A stretch of DNA of 58,535 nt, filler included, from Sphacelaria rigidula (lineage: Eukaryota): assembly GCA_964200075.2 (NCBI GenBank). It is 4 parts of 4 records of this genome, joined end to end, with 100 filler letters (N's around TTAATTAATTAA, not from the genome) between each part and the next. Parts side by side here need not be neighbours in the genome. Positions count along the whole stretch, not along the records: positions 29,321 to 43,878 come from CAXNAA020002182.1; positions 43,979 to 58,535 come from CAXNAA020002183.1; 2 more parts are not named here. One strand, given 5' to 3'. The position numbers were made by a program, and so were the translations under genes. Every line of letters begins with the position of its first letter. Positions within the stretch are counted from its first letter, which is position 1. Positions 34,156-46,649 of this stretch are shown here, in pieces. The notes below the pieces were generated by a model that did no database searches, was not told the DNA's origin, and worked only from the letters and a program-made list of their open reading frames with translations.

Positions 34156-34973
34156 ACAAGTGCCCCACGAGCCCACCCCTCCCCGCACGCGGCGGCNNNN
34201 NNNNNNGTATGGGAGGGAGAGGGGGGCGCCGCCCCTCCCGAGAACAGCCGTTGATGTGGCCCCCCCCCCCCCCCCCCCTGCCCACTCCCCGTGAAGTAGG
34301 TCGGCACCAAAAATTCGGCGCTGCAAGCGGCGGGTGCACTTAAACCACCGGATCTTACACAGGTTCCCAAACGATGCATGTTCAGGCGCTCCCTTTGTAG
34401 CGTAAATCTGGCTATCCTGCAACGTTGTGAACAGCGGATGAGAGACCAAAAGTGCCGTTTCGATGGAAGGAGTTTTACTGGGTTCTTACGCATAGATTTT
34501 ACCCAACGCAATATCGCACATATCAGCGGTAGATAGCAGTAGGATATATACCAGCTGGAGGTCACCGATGGTGTTTCTTGCACTTTCCAAGAAATTGCTC
34601 GGGTGTTTGTCCCAAACCAATTGGGTGCACTTGTTCGTCAATCTCCACATTTCTCTATATTTTTTCGGCCACATGAACGCCAATCCCAGACGATTGACTT
34701 CCTCTGCGTCTAACAAAGTATGCGAGCCCGACAGCCACTTAATGCCAAACCAGCGCAGCCTCCGCCGAAACAGTATCCCACAAGGCTAACTCCCTCCCGA
34801 TACCAAACGATCGGTTGGGTCGTCCAGCGGATATCGGTCCGCCAAACACTGACGTGATCCGCATGCCTAATTATAAACTCCCAAATGCTTGCCAAGACGC
34901 TCGGAAGTGAGATCACTCCTCACGGTCAACTGTGCTCAACGTTTATCCGTGCACGTCTTGTCAAATTGGGCAG

Positions 34974-35055
34974 GACGATCGACTGCTATTCCATCGATGA
35001 GAGTGTGTTCGTCAGCGGTCCGATAGCGATTGATCCGGCTGGGGATTACTTGTAC
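34974..35055 (+). CDS. Exon, propeller/REJ gene
   Basis: CAG|..|GTGAGT; TIDCYSIDESVFVSGPIAIDPAGDYLY. Confidence 0.75.
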
Positions 35056-35700
35056 GTGAGTACGCGGAAACGGATTTTGGGGCAGCTGGACAAAATCCAG
35101 GGACGATATTGTGTGGGGTCCAAAGCCAGGGTTTAAGTTGTATCAGTAGAGACCGCCTTCATATCTCATCGTTTCGTGTAGACTTGGCACCACACTCACG
35201 CAGAGCATTGAATCGATTCAGCGAGTAACACGACATGCCTTTAATTCCTCCGGCGCAACTTCCACCACATCACAGCACGCTAGCCCAGGATTACACGACG
35301 AACGTTCCTCCAGTTGTCACATGATCGCATGCGTTTGGCTTGCGCAGGTCACAGCTGTCGCTGCACTTAGTGATGACATCGTCTTCACATTCATCAGAGC
35401 CGTACAATATACCATGAACATTTCGACGCCGCGATCTCCGCGTTTGTTTGCATGCACCCATTCGCGTAAACTAGGTATCTGCAAGAAGCGCGGGCTCACG
35501 CACAATGGATGACGGTCCGATGCCAGAATTACTACCAAGCATCACAACAAAGTAGATACAGCAGTGCAACACAGTAGACACAGTAGGGGCACTGCTCACC
35601 GCTGCCACCGCAGTTCGTCCGTTTGCATGCGCGTTCGCCCCGCGTAGTAGCTTACAACATCCTCTTGCCCTCAAATATACACACGTCGTCAACCATGCAG

Positions 35701-35772
35701 GCGAGTGCTCAGTACACCGATAATACGTCTAGCATCGAGAGTGGCTCCATGGGAATACGAGTGTACCAAACG
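35701..35772 (+). CDS. Exon, propeller/REJ gene
   Basis: CAG|..|GTAAGC; ASAQYTDNTSSIESGSMGIRVYQT. Confidence 0.65.
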
Positions 35773-36030
35773 GTAAGCGACATCAAATGTTCAAATTGGG
35801 CACCCTCCAAGCAATGCATTCGTTTATAATGACCGAGTACTTGCGATCTTGAATGCTGCCGGTCTCCCTGCTGTGGTACTCTCCCGCATCGCAAATATTC
35901 CCCGTTCGACATAGATGTCGCACTATCAACCTCCTGTAGCTAAGAGTTCAATAGTGATGATCAAGCTATCTCAACTCCGCCACACACTTTCGCTTGATGC
36001 CCGCACTATCTCTTTGTTTCCTCCCGCCAG

Positions 36031-36088
36031 AATCCAAGCCTCACGCCCTCGCCGACGCCTTCGCCGACCACGCCGAATCAAGCGCCAG
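36031..36088 (+). CDS. Exon, Pro/Thr linker
   Basis: Polypyrimidine tract and CAG|..|GTATCA; NPSLTPSPTPSPTTPNQAP, phase-1 end matches 37197. Confidence 0.7.
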
Positions 36089-36214
36089 GTATCATAGACA
36101 TGAAGTGTAGGACTTCGAGGTGTATCCTTTCCTATTTGGTCGTATTTTCACCCCTCGCCTTCTTTTGAGGGTTGGCGTCGGTTAGCAACGATACTATAGA
36201 ACAAGCCACCCAGT

Positions 36215-36700
36215 GCGTAAGCTAGGCAACCAGGTTAACTTTTTTCGTTTGAGCCCTTTCTTGCATTTTTTGCGGCAACCATGATGGTGGTCAAGCTAGA
36301 TTATATTGTGGGGGGGTGGAGAACCCCAACTGCGCGCAAAGGGGGTGATCGCAATTTAATTTAAAACGTAGTGTTTATGTGGTAAACATCCATGGGGCAG
36401 TGTGTAACCCGTGGCTATCTGGAAGTGGCAATATCAAATAAGGAAGCAACTCATTCAAGACTGTCATCCGCATGCAAGATAGCTAGTACGCTCCGGGCCG
36501 AGCAACATTAGCAGGATGTAATTCACCCTTCGTGAGATTTCCCGAACACATCACGGCGCGTCGCGCTTGGCGATTGATTGCTAGCCTGGTCCGGCGAAAC
36601 CCCGGCGTGCTCCGTCCCGGCTTTGTAGGGATGCAAGGTCAACGGTGTAATGACTACGTCATGCAAGATCATGAGAACATCCCCTCCCCCACCCCCCCTC
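36215..36700 (+). mobile_element. Intronic repeat block ending in a family B retroelement with C-rich tail
   Basis: 36215-36345 is the reverse complement of 21520-21650; 36370-36690 is the reverse complement of 19690-20010. Confidence 0.75.
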
Positions 36701-37196
36701 ACCGTCCTCTCCCTTTCCCTCCCCTCGGGATCAATCCATGGTCTCAAGTCGTCAATCCACCCACCTTTCTCCCGATACCTGCCGGACAGTATTATCGAGC
36801 CGTAAAAAGGATCGGATCTCCCCTAACCCCTAGACTTTGACCGAATTTTAACTTGATACACACGTCCTCACACCTTTAACGGCGCGAAGCTGACCCTAGA
36901 CGAAAAAGATCATGGTGTTGTATCTGTGGGTATCCAAGCACATGAAGGTCGCCCGAACTGGCCGTTGGTGTACCAATTTGACCACCATGATGCAAATTTT
37001 GTTGTCGAATCATTCACCCTTGGAATGGTCAAATTAGTTCTCTAAGAAATGAACACTAGGTGAAGGTCGTGGAGCGCGTTTTCGACTTCCCCACCTTTGT
37101 AGCGTGGTATGCTCATTACCTCCTGTACTACCGGTGGATGTTTTTGTCCGACACCATGCCATCTTGTGACCGTGAACGATACCCTCTTTCTGACAG

Positions 37197-37486
37197 TGTT
37201 TTCAAGACCGGCCACAACTGCTCCCACGCCTGGGCCCACGCCGGGTCCCACGCCGGGTCCCACGCCGGGTCCCACACCGGGTCCCACGCTGGGTCCCACG
37301 CCGGGTCCCACGCCGGGTCCCACGCCGGGTCCCACGCCGGGTCCCACACCGGGTCCCACGCCAGGTCCCACACCGGGTCCCACGCCAGGTCCCACGCCGG
37401 GTCCCGCGCCTGCTTCAACTCCAGTCTCGGAGCCTTCTTCGTCCGGCGTTACCGCAACAGCGTCAGCCGTCTTAGTAGCAGCTCAG
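37197..37486 (+). CDS. Exon encoding the (PTPG)15 stalk
   Basis: CAG|..|GTGAGA; 15 copies of a 12-bp CCCACGCCGGGT unit at 37223-37402. Confidence 0.8.
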
Positions 37487-37835
37487 GTGAGATGTATGTG
37501 TCGTTTGTTTCTTGCATTTCGAACATTACATGTTGTGAAGGGTGCTTGTAGTAGCATCAGCTTATTGTATCATCAGTTGGAAGCGCAACTTCACGTGTAG
37601 GCCGACTTGACTGTTCATAACCTCGCTTTCAGAGGCACATGAAGAGGGAAGTGCCACCGCCGTAGCGAGATGGAGGCGGCGCCTGCCCTCGCTCAGAAAT
37701 ACATACTGGCTGCCTGTCCCTATGTGTATAACGAAAGCTGCTGTACGGCACGACCTTGAATACGTCGGTACGCCTGGAGCCAACCCCGTTGACTCCGCTA
37801 AAGCTTAAGCACGTACCATGTCGTACACACAACAG

Positions 37836-38099
37836 ACCGTGGGGTATTGCAGTCAAGTCACCCTTGACGGACGGACATCTTTCAGCGACGACTCGACACC
37901 GTTGTCCGTCGTGTGGGAAGTATCAGCCGAAGACGGTGCAACTGGAGACGCGCTATTAGATGCCAACGCAGCTCTCGCTCCATTCAACGAGTCTCTTATC
38001 GCGACGTTCAATTCTACCGCGCTGGAGGTGGGTGTAACGTTCACGTTTTCGCTGACGGTGGAGAATAGCTGGGGTTCTACAGACACGGCATCGACGTCG
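37836..38099 (+). CDS. Exon, REJ/PKD-like domain (3' boundary uncertain)
   Basis: TVGYCSQVTLDGRTS...VVWEV...LEVGVTFTFSLTVENSWGSTDTASTSV. Confidence 0.8.
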
Positions 38100-38850
38100 G
38101 TCGTTCGAAGGCGAGGATAGTAGCTTGCATCTGGGCAGGATAGGTAGCATCGGTTGACTACGCAGAACACGGTGTTGACGTTGCTGGTGCGAGCATGGAC
38201 GCGTAGACAAGATCTCGTGATTCTGCTTGTGTGTATGCACTCGCGAGCAAAGCGCTGCAGTAGGACGTACCATATCCGTCGTGTCAAATACGATGTTGGC
38301 GTGAGAAAGACATCAGTTCTAAGTGCACCGGTGACCACCAGTGTAGCTAGAAATAGTCAACTAATGGATTACGTGCGACTCGTTTATGAGAGGAAGCCCA
38401 TGACCAGACGTGGGCACAGAACATCTTTCGGTTCATCTCTGAAACAACCTTCCCCGATATTTCATGCTGTCACAGCAACGAGGATGTACCTACGGTATCG
38501 ATCTTAGGCTCTTCGGTCAAAAACGTCAGCAGAGGCAGGCCGACCACCATCAGGATGGCCGCGACACTGCCAGCTTGCGGCGAGTATACGATAATGTTGC
38601 TTACCGACGGCTGGTGTCACTTCCGTCGCTTCACGATTAACATAGCTGGAAGGCATGTACGTAGTACAACTACCCCACTGTGTGCACCGTTGTTGGAGGC
38701 ATCTTACGTAGAGAAGTCAAGATGGTTCTATATACGTAGCAAGACGCGTGAAAACGACACTGTTGACTCACTTATTTTGCTTCCTTCCCGTATCGCCTCC
38801 GCCGGAGGGTGGTCTTTCGCACGTGCCACTTCGCGTTTTTATTTCAACAG

Positions 38851-38930
38851 CACCATACACAACGTTGACCTACACCTGGGAAGAAGCCCCTGGGTTCGGA
38901 TATTCTGAGCTCGGCGCCGAAGCATTTGAG
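38851..38930 (+). CDS. Exon, REJ region
   Basis: TTTCAACAG|..|GTACGA; PYTTLTYTWEEAPGFGYSELGAEAFE. Confidence 0.6.
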
Positions 38931-38983
38931 GTACGAAATTATATACTGGCATCGTCCTCCCAGTGCAGCGCCACATTAAGGGG

Positions 38984-39055
38984 GGACGTTCTTGTAGGGT
39001 AGCTCGACCGGGGAGATCGTCTTTCGAAGAGTAACGGAGGTATACAACGGCAGGT
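38984..39055 (+). pseudogene. Degenerate organellar/bacterial-type LSU (23S-like) rRNA fragment, probable NUMT/NUPT
   Basis: GGGTAGCTCGACCGGGGAGATCGTCTTTCGAAGAGTAACGGAGGTATACAACGG resembles the conserved domain V segment GGGTAGTTTGACTGGGGCGGTCGCCTCCTAAAGAGTAACGGAGG. Confidence 0.6.
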
Positions 39056-40149
39056 CAATCAAGTTTCCTAGCCTCAATGATCAGGTGCTCAGTCGATGAA
39101 ATGAAAGCCAGACCGATCGCTTCAAAGAACAAAATATTTAGCATAGAAATTAAGAAATTTCGATGGATATTGGACTGTCGAAAGCACACGAACAGGGACG
39201 TTCAACCTTACATGTGCCGTCAAAAGGAACGAAGTGATAGACAGTTTGGTCCGCATTCACTCGCAAGGCACCCGAACAAGCTATATAGTAGCAAATAAAA
39301 CGATCGTGTGCCATGAAACAAAACAGCTATACCCTCTTCAATGCACTTTGGAGAATGTAAAAGGCGTTCTAAACTTTGAAGGACGATAAACATTAAACCG
39401 ACGTGTGGAGACGTATACCGAGCACGGTCTCTGGTATTCTCACCAAAACTGCACGTTCTGTTGGCTAAAGCGCCCTTTTTTTCAGCAAACCAAGGTATTA
39501 TCGACGATACCAGATTAAATTTACTGGAACTGAAGTATGAGACGTTGAATGAAGAATATGATACCTGCTTTAAAGTATTAGAGGGAGAAAAATCATCTTT
39601 TTCCCTCACGTTATCGTTTCCACACAAATACGACGAGGATCGAACGCGCACCTCGTGAGTCACGACGTACAGATGGATACCCTAGCTTACCCGAGCTATG
39701 TCATAATTGTTTTCCCCACACAGGGTCCCCGTGGTCTGTGCGAGCATTACAGCACTTTTTGGGTTTGTTTCAACACCAATGTGATGGTGATGATGTGAGG
39801 GGGTGATAACACGACTTTCATCCAATTTAGGGCTCAAGGCGGCACGATGAAATCAACTACTCGCGGCTAGGCTAAGTACTCGCGGCTAGGACAGTAGAAC
39901 CAAACACTTGCGTCTGCAAAGTGAAGACAAGCACATCAGCGGAGCCACCACCCGATGGAATCAAGTCCTAACAGATGACTACTCCGCGTTGAGTTCAGTC
40001 CTGCTTCATGACGCTGCACTTCTGTGAGTCAAGCGCTTTCACGAAAAGCCGCCGGAGGCACGGTGTACGTTGACATGTCAGATGCACTGCGGTTGCATGT
40101 CGTCGGATTAACGCCGCTGCGGTTGTGTGGGAGGGGCTACGTTGTCGTG

Positions 40150-40985
40150 TAACTGCTATGTGGGATCAGCATCCATCGGAGCATCCCATCTGAGACACGA
40201 ACTCCATCCATCTGGGACGTTCATCCCGTCCTGGGATGTCTCGCACATTCGTCCACCTCGGACACGGGTTTCCATCTATGACCTTCCTCGGACCCCTTTC
40301 ATGCGTCAGAGACTCCAATCTGAGACGCTGATCTCCATCTGGGAGGTGGATTGCCATCCAGCACATGAACACCCGCCTACGACATCCATCTGAGAAGTTC
40401 CTGGGGAATACCCATGTGGGACTCGTTGGGAATCCATCCGGGAGGTTCATCTAAGTGAAGAATCTACCGCGGACGCCCATGTGAAGCACAAAAGACCACC
40501 TGTAATATGCTGTACACCTTCAGACACCAGCCCACGACGTTCAACTCACTCGTGTAGCCCACCGCAATTCAACCCCAATGGCAGGCCGAGCTCTGAACCA
40601 AATCGTTGTACCACCTGTGCGCCGATAGCCAAATATTTGAGTCGACGCGCGGCGGTAGAGCATCGTGTAGTATACCGTGGCAGGGAAACGTCTTGGGTAG
40701 CGTGAGCTGGTTGCGCGTCGTGCTGTGTACGCAAATACAGACGTTCCAAGTGGGCGTCTCAGATATATTTTACGTCCCAGCTGGACGCTGCGGATGGATG
40801 CGGACATGCCACGTGGACCTTTTAGGTGGGATCTCCAAGATGGACGTCAGCGTCCCGCATGAATATATCCCAGGGGGGTTGAGGTGCAAGTCAGGGGTCC
40901 TAGAAGCGTGTTCTTGTCCCAGATGTAGTTGAAACCCCAGACTATGTCGCAGATATATCTACTTGCCCCAGATGGAGGTCGCACA
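40150..40985. mobile_element. Degenerate element with inverted subterminal motif clusters
   Basis: CATCCATCTG(G/A)GA-like motif about 6 times at 40170-40450, and its inverse (CCCAG(A/C)TG(G/T)A) several times at 40755-40980. Confidence 0.45.
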
Positions 40986-41143
40986 ATGAATGAAGCCCAA
41001 AGGTTGCCTGTAAACCTACCACATTGCCATTTTGTGATACCCTGCTGACGCGACGAACAGAGGCTGGCCACCAGCGACCCCACCAAAATAGTGATCCCTG
41101 CTTATACTCTGGGCTACCCCGGTTCAGCCTATCGTTTTCGCAG

Positions 41144-41192
41144 CAGTGCTACCTTGCAAGAGACGGCGATCAACTCGTCAGCGTTGGTACAG
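41144..41192 (+). CDS. Exon, REJ region (5' boundary uncertain)
   Basis: DGDQLVSVGT|GTAAG, phase-1 end matches 42167. Confidence 0.55.
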
Positions 41193-41389
41193 GTAAGAGG
41201 GGGGAGTTTTTTTATCGTGAATGAACTTATGCTGTGATGATTTTCAAAGTTGGGAAACGCAGATGATCGCACGGAAATAAAGATACCATTTCATTTGCGT
41301 CGACAGGAAGTCTCATGGAGATTCACTTTTCGTTGATCGAGTTCAAGCTTGCTCGTGTTGGAGACCTCTCTTCGGCATTTCAAGAGCTG

Positions 41390-41610
41390 CTTGATTGGTT
41401 TTCACTGATTCTCGCACTTTAACTGAGCCCCCAGGGATCCAGCCGTGGTCACATGATAGACGTACCCAAGACAAAACAAAAATGGAACACGCGCTGAAGA
41501 AAATGAAGAAACAAGAAGCGTAGAACAGAGCAACATACACAGTAGACCTAGACGTGAAAAAAGAAGAGAAGGGAAAAAAAAGGAAAAGAAAGGAATGAAG
41601 GAAACTAAAA
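41390..41610 (-). repeat. Dispersed repeat family C, copy 3
   Basis: AACTGAGCCCCCAGGGATCCAGCCGTGGTC plus GACAAAACAAAA..AACAC.CGCTGAAGAAAA shared with 17820-17910. Confidence 0.75.
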
Positions 41611-42166
41611 GAATGGCTTGTCTCTGCCACGTGGCTTCGGCATACAAGGTCTTGCGCAAAACCATACCCATACCCAGTCGTAGAAAACGAAAGGCATTGG
41701 AGCTGCTCAAGCGAAAAAGCAAAATTTGTACAGTGTAGATTCCATCGATCTCGCCTTTAATAATTTGTGAAAATATGCTTGAACAGGTGGCAGTCGAGCA
41801 AGGCGTCCTCCGAGCATTCATAGGAGGTGGAAGCTTCCGCCAGCACACAGCAGGTATACTCTCGGATAGCACACCCTTCTCGTGCCAATTGTTTTTGTAG
41901 CGTTACGCATCGATCGAAATATTGACGACTCCCAGATGAAACGTACGCAGAGAACTATTGGCTAGTGGAAGAACCGACCATTATGTTAGCCCCACCTCGT
42001 CGTTTTGTATCTTATTACTCTTGGTGACTATACTGTATTGTATGCAGACGGTGTGATGAGCTTATATATTTTGCGATGCACACCGTGAGAAAGCATACCC
42101 TTGGCAAATACCCGCAGCGAATGATGCCTTCCTCGCAAAACACGCGGTACACGTGGTGTTCCGCAG

Positions 42167-42233
42167 GCGTGGACCTCGTGCTGGACGGCAGCCAATCGGT
42201 GGACGAGGACGACATTGCTGAACTATCATTGAG
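42167..42233 (+). CDS. Exon, REJ domain
   Basis: CAG|..|GTGCGA; GVDLVLDGSQSVDEDDIAELSL (LxLDGSxSxDxD motif). Confidence 0.8.
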
Positions 42234-42376
42234 GTGCGACGCGCGTGTCGTCGCTTGTGACTACACAACAGCGTTTGGTTGGGGATCCGTGACACATCAT
42301 TTTCTCTCTGAGGGTCGCCTTTGTGCCGTTTTCACCGCGAAAACTAAGTGTTGTACTCATGGAACGCGGCGGGCAG

Positions 42377-42482
42377 GTACACCTGGGCATGCGTGAGCAA
42401 CTGCTCCTCGATCTCCAACACTAGTACGTCCGACGATGGGCAGACATTTACTGTCGCTGGGGAGAGCTTAGTTTCTGGCCTG
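42377..42482 (+). CDS. Exon, REJ domain
   Basis: CAG|..|GTGAGT; RYTWACVSNC...TFTVAGESLVSGL, phase compatible. Confidence 0.75.
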
Positions 42483-43878
42483 GTGAGTTCTGCTCAGCGT
42501 CGCATGCATTGCTGACGCCTCTGCGTTGAACTGAAACCGCGAAGATGACATAATATACGAACGTCCATCTACGCTCGTCGGAGGTGACTGTCGCTGCACT
42601 TCCCCGGGCACGACTGTACATCACCCATGGACCGGTGTAGTCGAGATGTCTTTTTGTGGACTGTCGCGCACGTTCGTGTTTGCGTATGTATGAGGAACTC
42701 CGCTATTCATTCGGTACGGTCCCGAACATCCTCGCCGCCGTGACTGAGCCCTCACACGTGCCGGTAGAGGGGGGTGTGAGTTCAACAACCCCTTGCGAGC
42801 CGTGCACGTGGTATTGCATTGTGCGTTTGGTTGCAGGTGTACGAGTTTGCACTGAATGTCAGCACGGAAAATTCCAGCGAAGTGTATGGTAATTACCGGT
42901 CGGACATCGCGACCACCGCTGTTAAGGTGGGAAGAGTCGTTCGCAGGCCTAGACTTTGTCAAAATTATTGCGTCTGGTGAAATGAGCCGTGTACTTGAAA
43001 TCTGTGTCGAAAGTAATTAGCAGTGATACCAGTCTCGACCGTCAGACTTGGTACTGGATGCACCTCGTGAACACAGTTTCAGTTCGAATGCCAAAATATT
43101 AGAGGGGTAGCGCGATCGATATGTACCGGCTTCAAGTATAACCTTACACTGATATTCATGCCGACTTAGAGTTCACACGTTGAAGTTCATTCATTGAACG
43201 GATATGACAGGTTACCTCATATGAAGCACCGCGAGTAATTCTCACGCCGAAAGAGGAAGATGCCAAGCATAACCCTACAAAACAACTGGTTATCTACGGT
43301 GAAGTTTCCGAGCAGTCAGCTTCCTACGACCGCCTTTGGACGCAGGTGAGACCGGTGGACCATCGACAGTACCCACCTGTTGCTCGCCAGCTTCTGCCAT
43401 GCGCTTGAGTGATGTAACGCCTGATGTGCTAGCCGTATCGGTTTTACACGAACCGACAATCAACTGCTGACAGGATACAGATGGAAAGCGACGACATGAG
43501 AGACGATGGCGACGGTTTCGTCTGAACGGCCCACGTGCGTGCTCATATTCTTCGTGTATTACTGCTAGCTCTGCATCGCCCATCGACAGAACCCTTCCAT
43601 GTTGCTTGTACACGGTCTACAACTACCCAGGTGGACGGTGACTTGCGGACGGCTGAACAAGACTGGACCACGTTCTTCTCCACGGTCCAAACTGGGTAAC
43701 GTACCATCTTCAACTGCACCCTCGTTAGTTTCAAAATATACCGAATAATGAGAATTCATGACACAATCCTCCGTTCCATAACGCTGGACAGGTGTTGAGG
43801 TTTTCCAATGGAGTCATCCTACGATAGGGGGGGGGGGTATTTTGGGCCATTTGTTGCTCGAAATTTGGAGTCAGATCG

Positions 43879-43978
43879 NNNNNNNNNNNNNNNNNNNNNN
43901 NNNNNNNNNNNNNNNNNNNNNNTTAATTAATTAANNNNNNNNNNNNNNNNNNNNNNNNNNNNNNNNNNNNNNNNNNNN
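43879..43978. other. Artificial contig linker
   Basis: Same 100-nt spacer. Confidence 0.97.
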
Positions 43979-44183
43979 GGGCAATAATCGGTTTTCAGGT
44001 ATCACCAAAATACCCTTAACTCATGAAAAAAAAAAAAAACTCTTTTGGTACTTCAGTAATTTTTTTCTTATGCCCTACGCACTGTCCATACCAAATTTCA
44101 GGGCCCAACTCTAAATGTATAAAAGAGCATGGGCCTGCAAACTTCAAATCCGCCTCTAGGCTGGCCCAGCTCGTAAGGGTTAA
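43979..44183. mobile_element. piggyBac-like terminus
   Basis: Ends in GGCTGGCCCAGCTCGTAAGGG|TTAA; the same GCTGGCCCAGCTCGT core occurs at ~2320, ~2782, ~4275 (inverted) and ~14835. Confidence 0.55.
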
Positions 44184-45323
44184 GGATGACAACCGTTTAC
44201 TGCTCATGAATATATGAACATTTGTTCCGCACTCTTGAACGCAAATCTTCGTACGGCTACGGTATTGGTGCATGTATCATCGTAGAGCTTTCATGTACAG
44301 CAGATATCAGAGCGTCGACAGATAAATACGTCGGATAAATACGTGGAGGTGCATCCGCACCTTCTATCATATACCACTACGTGAAGTCAGGGGCACCCTA
44401 GCACAGCTAGTACAGTTCAATCGTAGCTCTTCCCCAAACGTCACGTACAACGCCTGGAGGATGGGCAAGTCGTCACTGGCTACATGCTGGTTTACCCACT
44501 GTTATCTGAACCTAACTGCGTTTTCCCCCATACTGCTACTGACGAGCTACTGACTGTGGTACTGCCTGTTTTGTCGAATGTTTTATTGTGGTCAGATATC
44601 AGGTATCGTCCGAATTGGAAGTAACGTACATCACGAAGAGGAGCAGCATGAAGAACATCATAGACGAGGTTCAATTCCTGTGAGTACTGCAACATGCGCA
44701 CGACACCCAATACACGTCGAACCCACCTTGGCTGATCGCCCAGCTGTATCCACCCTGCCCTCATCGTCCGAACCCACGGCCTGATACCTTTTCCCGAGTC
44801 CAGCAAGTGGAAGAACACTGTTGGACACAGACTTCCCCGCTACAAAACCTACTGAACCATTACCGCTACCTTCTGCCGATCCACGCACCCCATTGACGAC
44901 CGAATTATCGCGGTTCGTCATGACCGGCACCAGTCCCTAGCACCCTCTCACAGCCCACGCGCCTAGCCACCTCTGAGTTTTACCCCGTGGAACAAAACAA
45001 GTGTTCCGAAATAGGTTCCAGGCGTCATCAAATTGAACCGAATCGGTTCAAATTTGGTTCTCAACAGATGCCACACGAAGATTTCAGCCAGCCAGAAATC
45101 TTACAACAGACACTTCGAAAAAGCCGGCTCCTCGCTCGTGCGCTGCCTCCTTGTGTGATGAGTAGAGAGAATGATAGGTACAAATGATGGCATATCACGA
45201 TAAATTTATCATCTGCTCATGAGGCTACAGCCAGGCAACGAGTGAAGACAGATAAGTTACGGGAGTACACGACGAGCAGGGCAACCTTGGAGCGTGCACC
45301 GTATGGGCCAGGCTGGCTGATCG

Positions 45324-45392
45324 ATGCTGACGAAGCCGGCCTTCGAGGACATCACCGTCACAGTGTTTAAAGAAGGAGATCGCTCCGTGCAG
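45324..45392 (+). CDS. Probable first exon of an uncharacterised gene (DCX/KHA-like N-terminus)
   Basis: ATG after an in-frame stop; MLTKPAFEDITVTVFKEGDRSVQ|GTCAGT, phase 0, joins plausibly to 54092. Confidence 0.5.
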
Positions 45393-45827
45393 GTCAGTGC
45401 ACTGGATGCGAGTCTGGCTCCAGCCTCTTTCTCTTTAATCGCCGTCTAGGCGGTTTGCTGCGTACATTCAGTACCATACAGTACCTGCACATGTAGGTGA
45501 CTGCGAGATGAAGTGCACAACTGACTTTTGCACAGCAAACAGGCCGCCTTTCGCACACTCACTGCTCGTTGCGATCTAATCGAGTGTCTCGCACAGTCTG
45601 TGTAGAGGAGTACGATTCTCTTGTACTGTACTGCACTGCACTACACTGTACAGCACTGTCTGAACCACTGTGATGTGCCGCATACTGTGCTGTTGTCGGG
45701 GCCCAAACTACTGTAACTGTATATTGCCTAATAAGCTCTTATCGGGGGCGCCTCACCTGCTACAGTAAATACGGGTTGTCACACGTTGCGGACGGATGGG
45801 TCTTTTTGAGGATGAGCCTTGAACTAC

Positions 45828-46065
45828 CGATTCTGAATACTGGGGTTGGAAACTAAAATGGAGTTCAAGCGGTATATCTTTTTTGCAGGAATGGCGCGAA
45901 ACAGTTACACCAAGGTGAACCCCCCCCCCCCCCCCTCAAATCTGCAGCAGTTGAGCAGTTGTGGCTAGGTGCACCGAAGGAATGCGGTGTACACGCGTGT
46001 CGATGACGATACCACCGGAGGAGTAACGGCAGAGAGGAAGCTCTTTTGTAAAGGACTCTCAAGAG
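45828..46065 (+). repeat. Repeat family E end, inverted relative to 47298-47520
   Basis: GGAGTTCAAGCGG...TGCAGGAATGGCGCGAAACA...GTGTACACGCGTGTCGATGACGATA pairs with the reverse complement at 47298-47520. Confidence 0.8.
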
Positions 46066-46649
46066 CTGCGGGGAGGGTGGCTTTCCCGCTCCCCCGACAT
46101 GTATTAAAGACACGGCGACAGAGCATTTGCAAGCTCATGTAACACTGACGGGGGCACAGCGAGTTTCTCCTGATAAAAAACGCGTGTTTCCACCTGCAAA
46201 CCGTTTCAGGTGTATTGCTTTCTATTTAAAACGGGAACCTCTTCATTTTACTTCGGTTCAATACTGCTTGCTTTATGCCAATCCCAGCATAGTTTGGTAT
46301 TACTGTTCAACAGTATCTTCGCACGTTTGACTGAACCCAAAGCGGCCACTTTCCCGCAGCTCTTGAGAGTCCTTTGCATTGTGTGGAATGAGTTGGAAAA
46401 AAATATAACTGTTCAATTTTGACAACCATTGTCAATTTCGGCGTTGATACGAGTACGGTGACTGTACAGACGACATTCAGTACAGACAATAGAGCAACGA
46501 AAGCTAGCTATGATCGGATTTGTCTGGCGTACTGCCGACAGCGTTGCTTGGAAGCCACAAGACCTTTGCGGTCGACGGTTGATGGCATGGGTCTCAAATG
46601 CAACGACAAGTGGTTGATCATAGAGCACTCTTGTTCCTCGTGAAACATA

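Larger units (their letters stand above)
29885..42482 (+). other. Span of a partial multi-exon gene: beta-propeller + Pro/Thr stalk + REJ/PKD region (both ends outside the contig or unresolved)
   Basis: Chain of AG/GT-bounded exons with mostly compatible phases; individual exons are listed separately. Confidence 0.8.

Noticed and set aside
34118-34280. Long C/G runs as a structured element
   Set aside because: Interrupted by an N-gap and low complexity; no family A or B terminus recognised and the assembly is unreliable here
37042-37551. (GPGV)n, (HAGS)n and (WDPA)n ORFs
   Set aside because: Alternative frames of the 12-bp repeat; only the PTPG frame fits the splice phases
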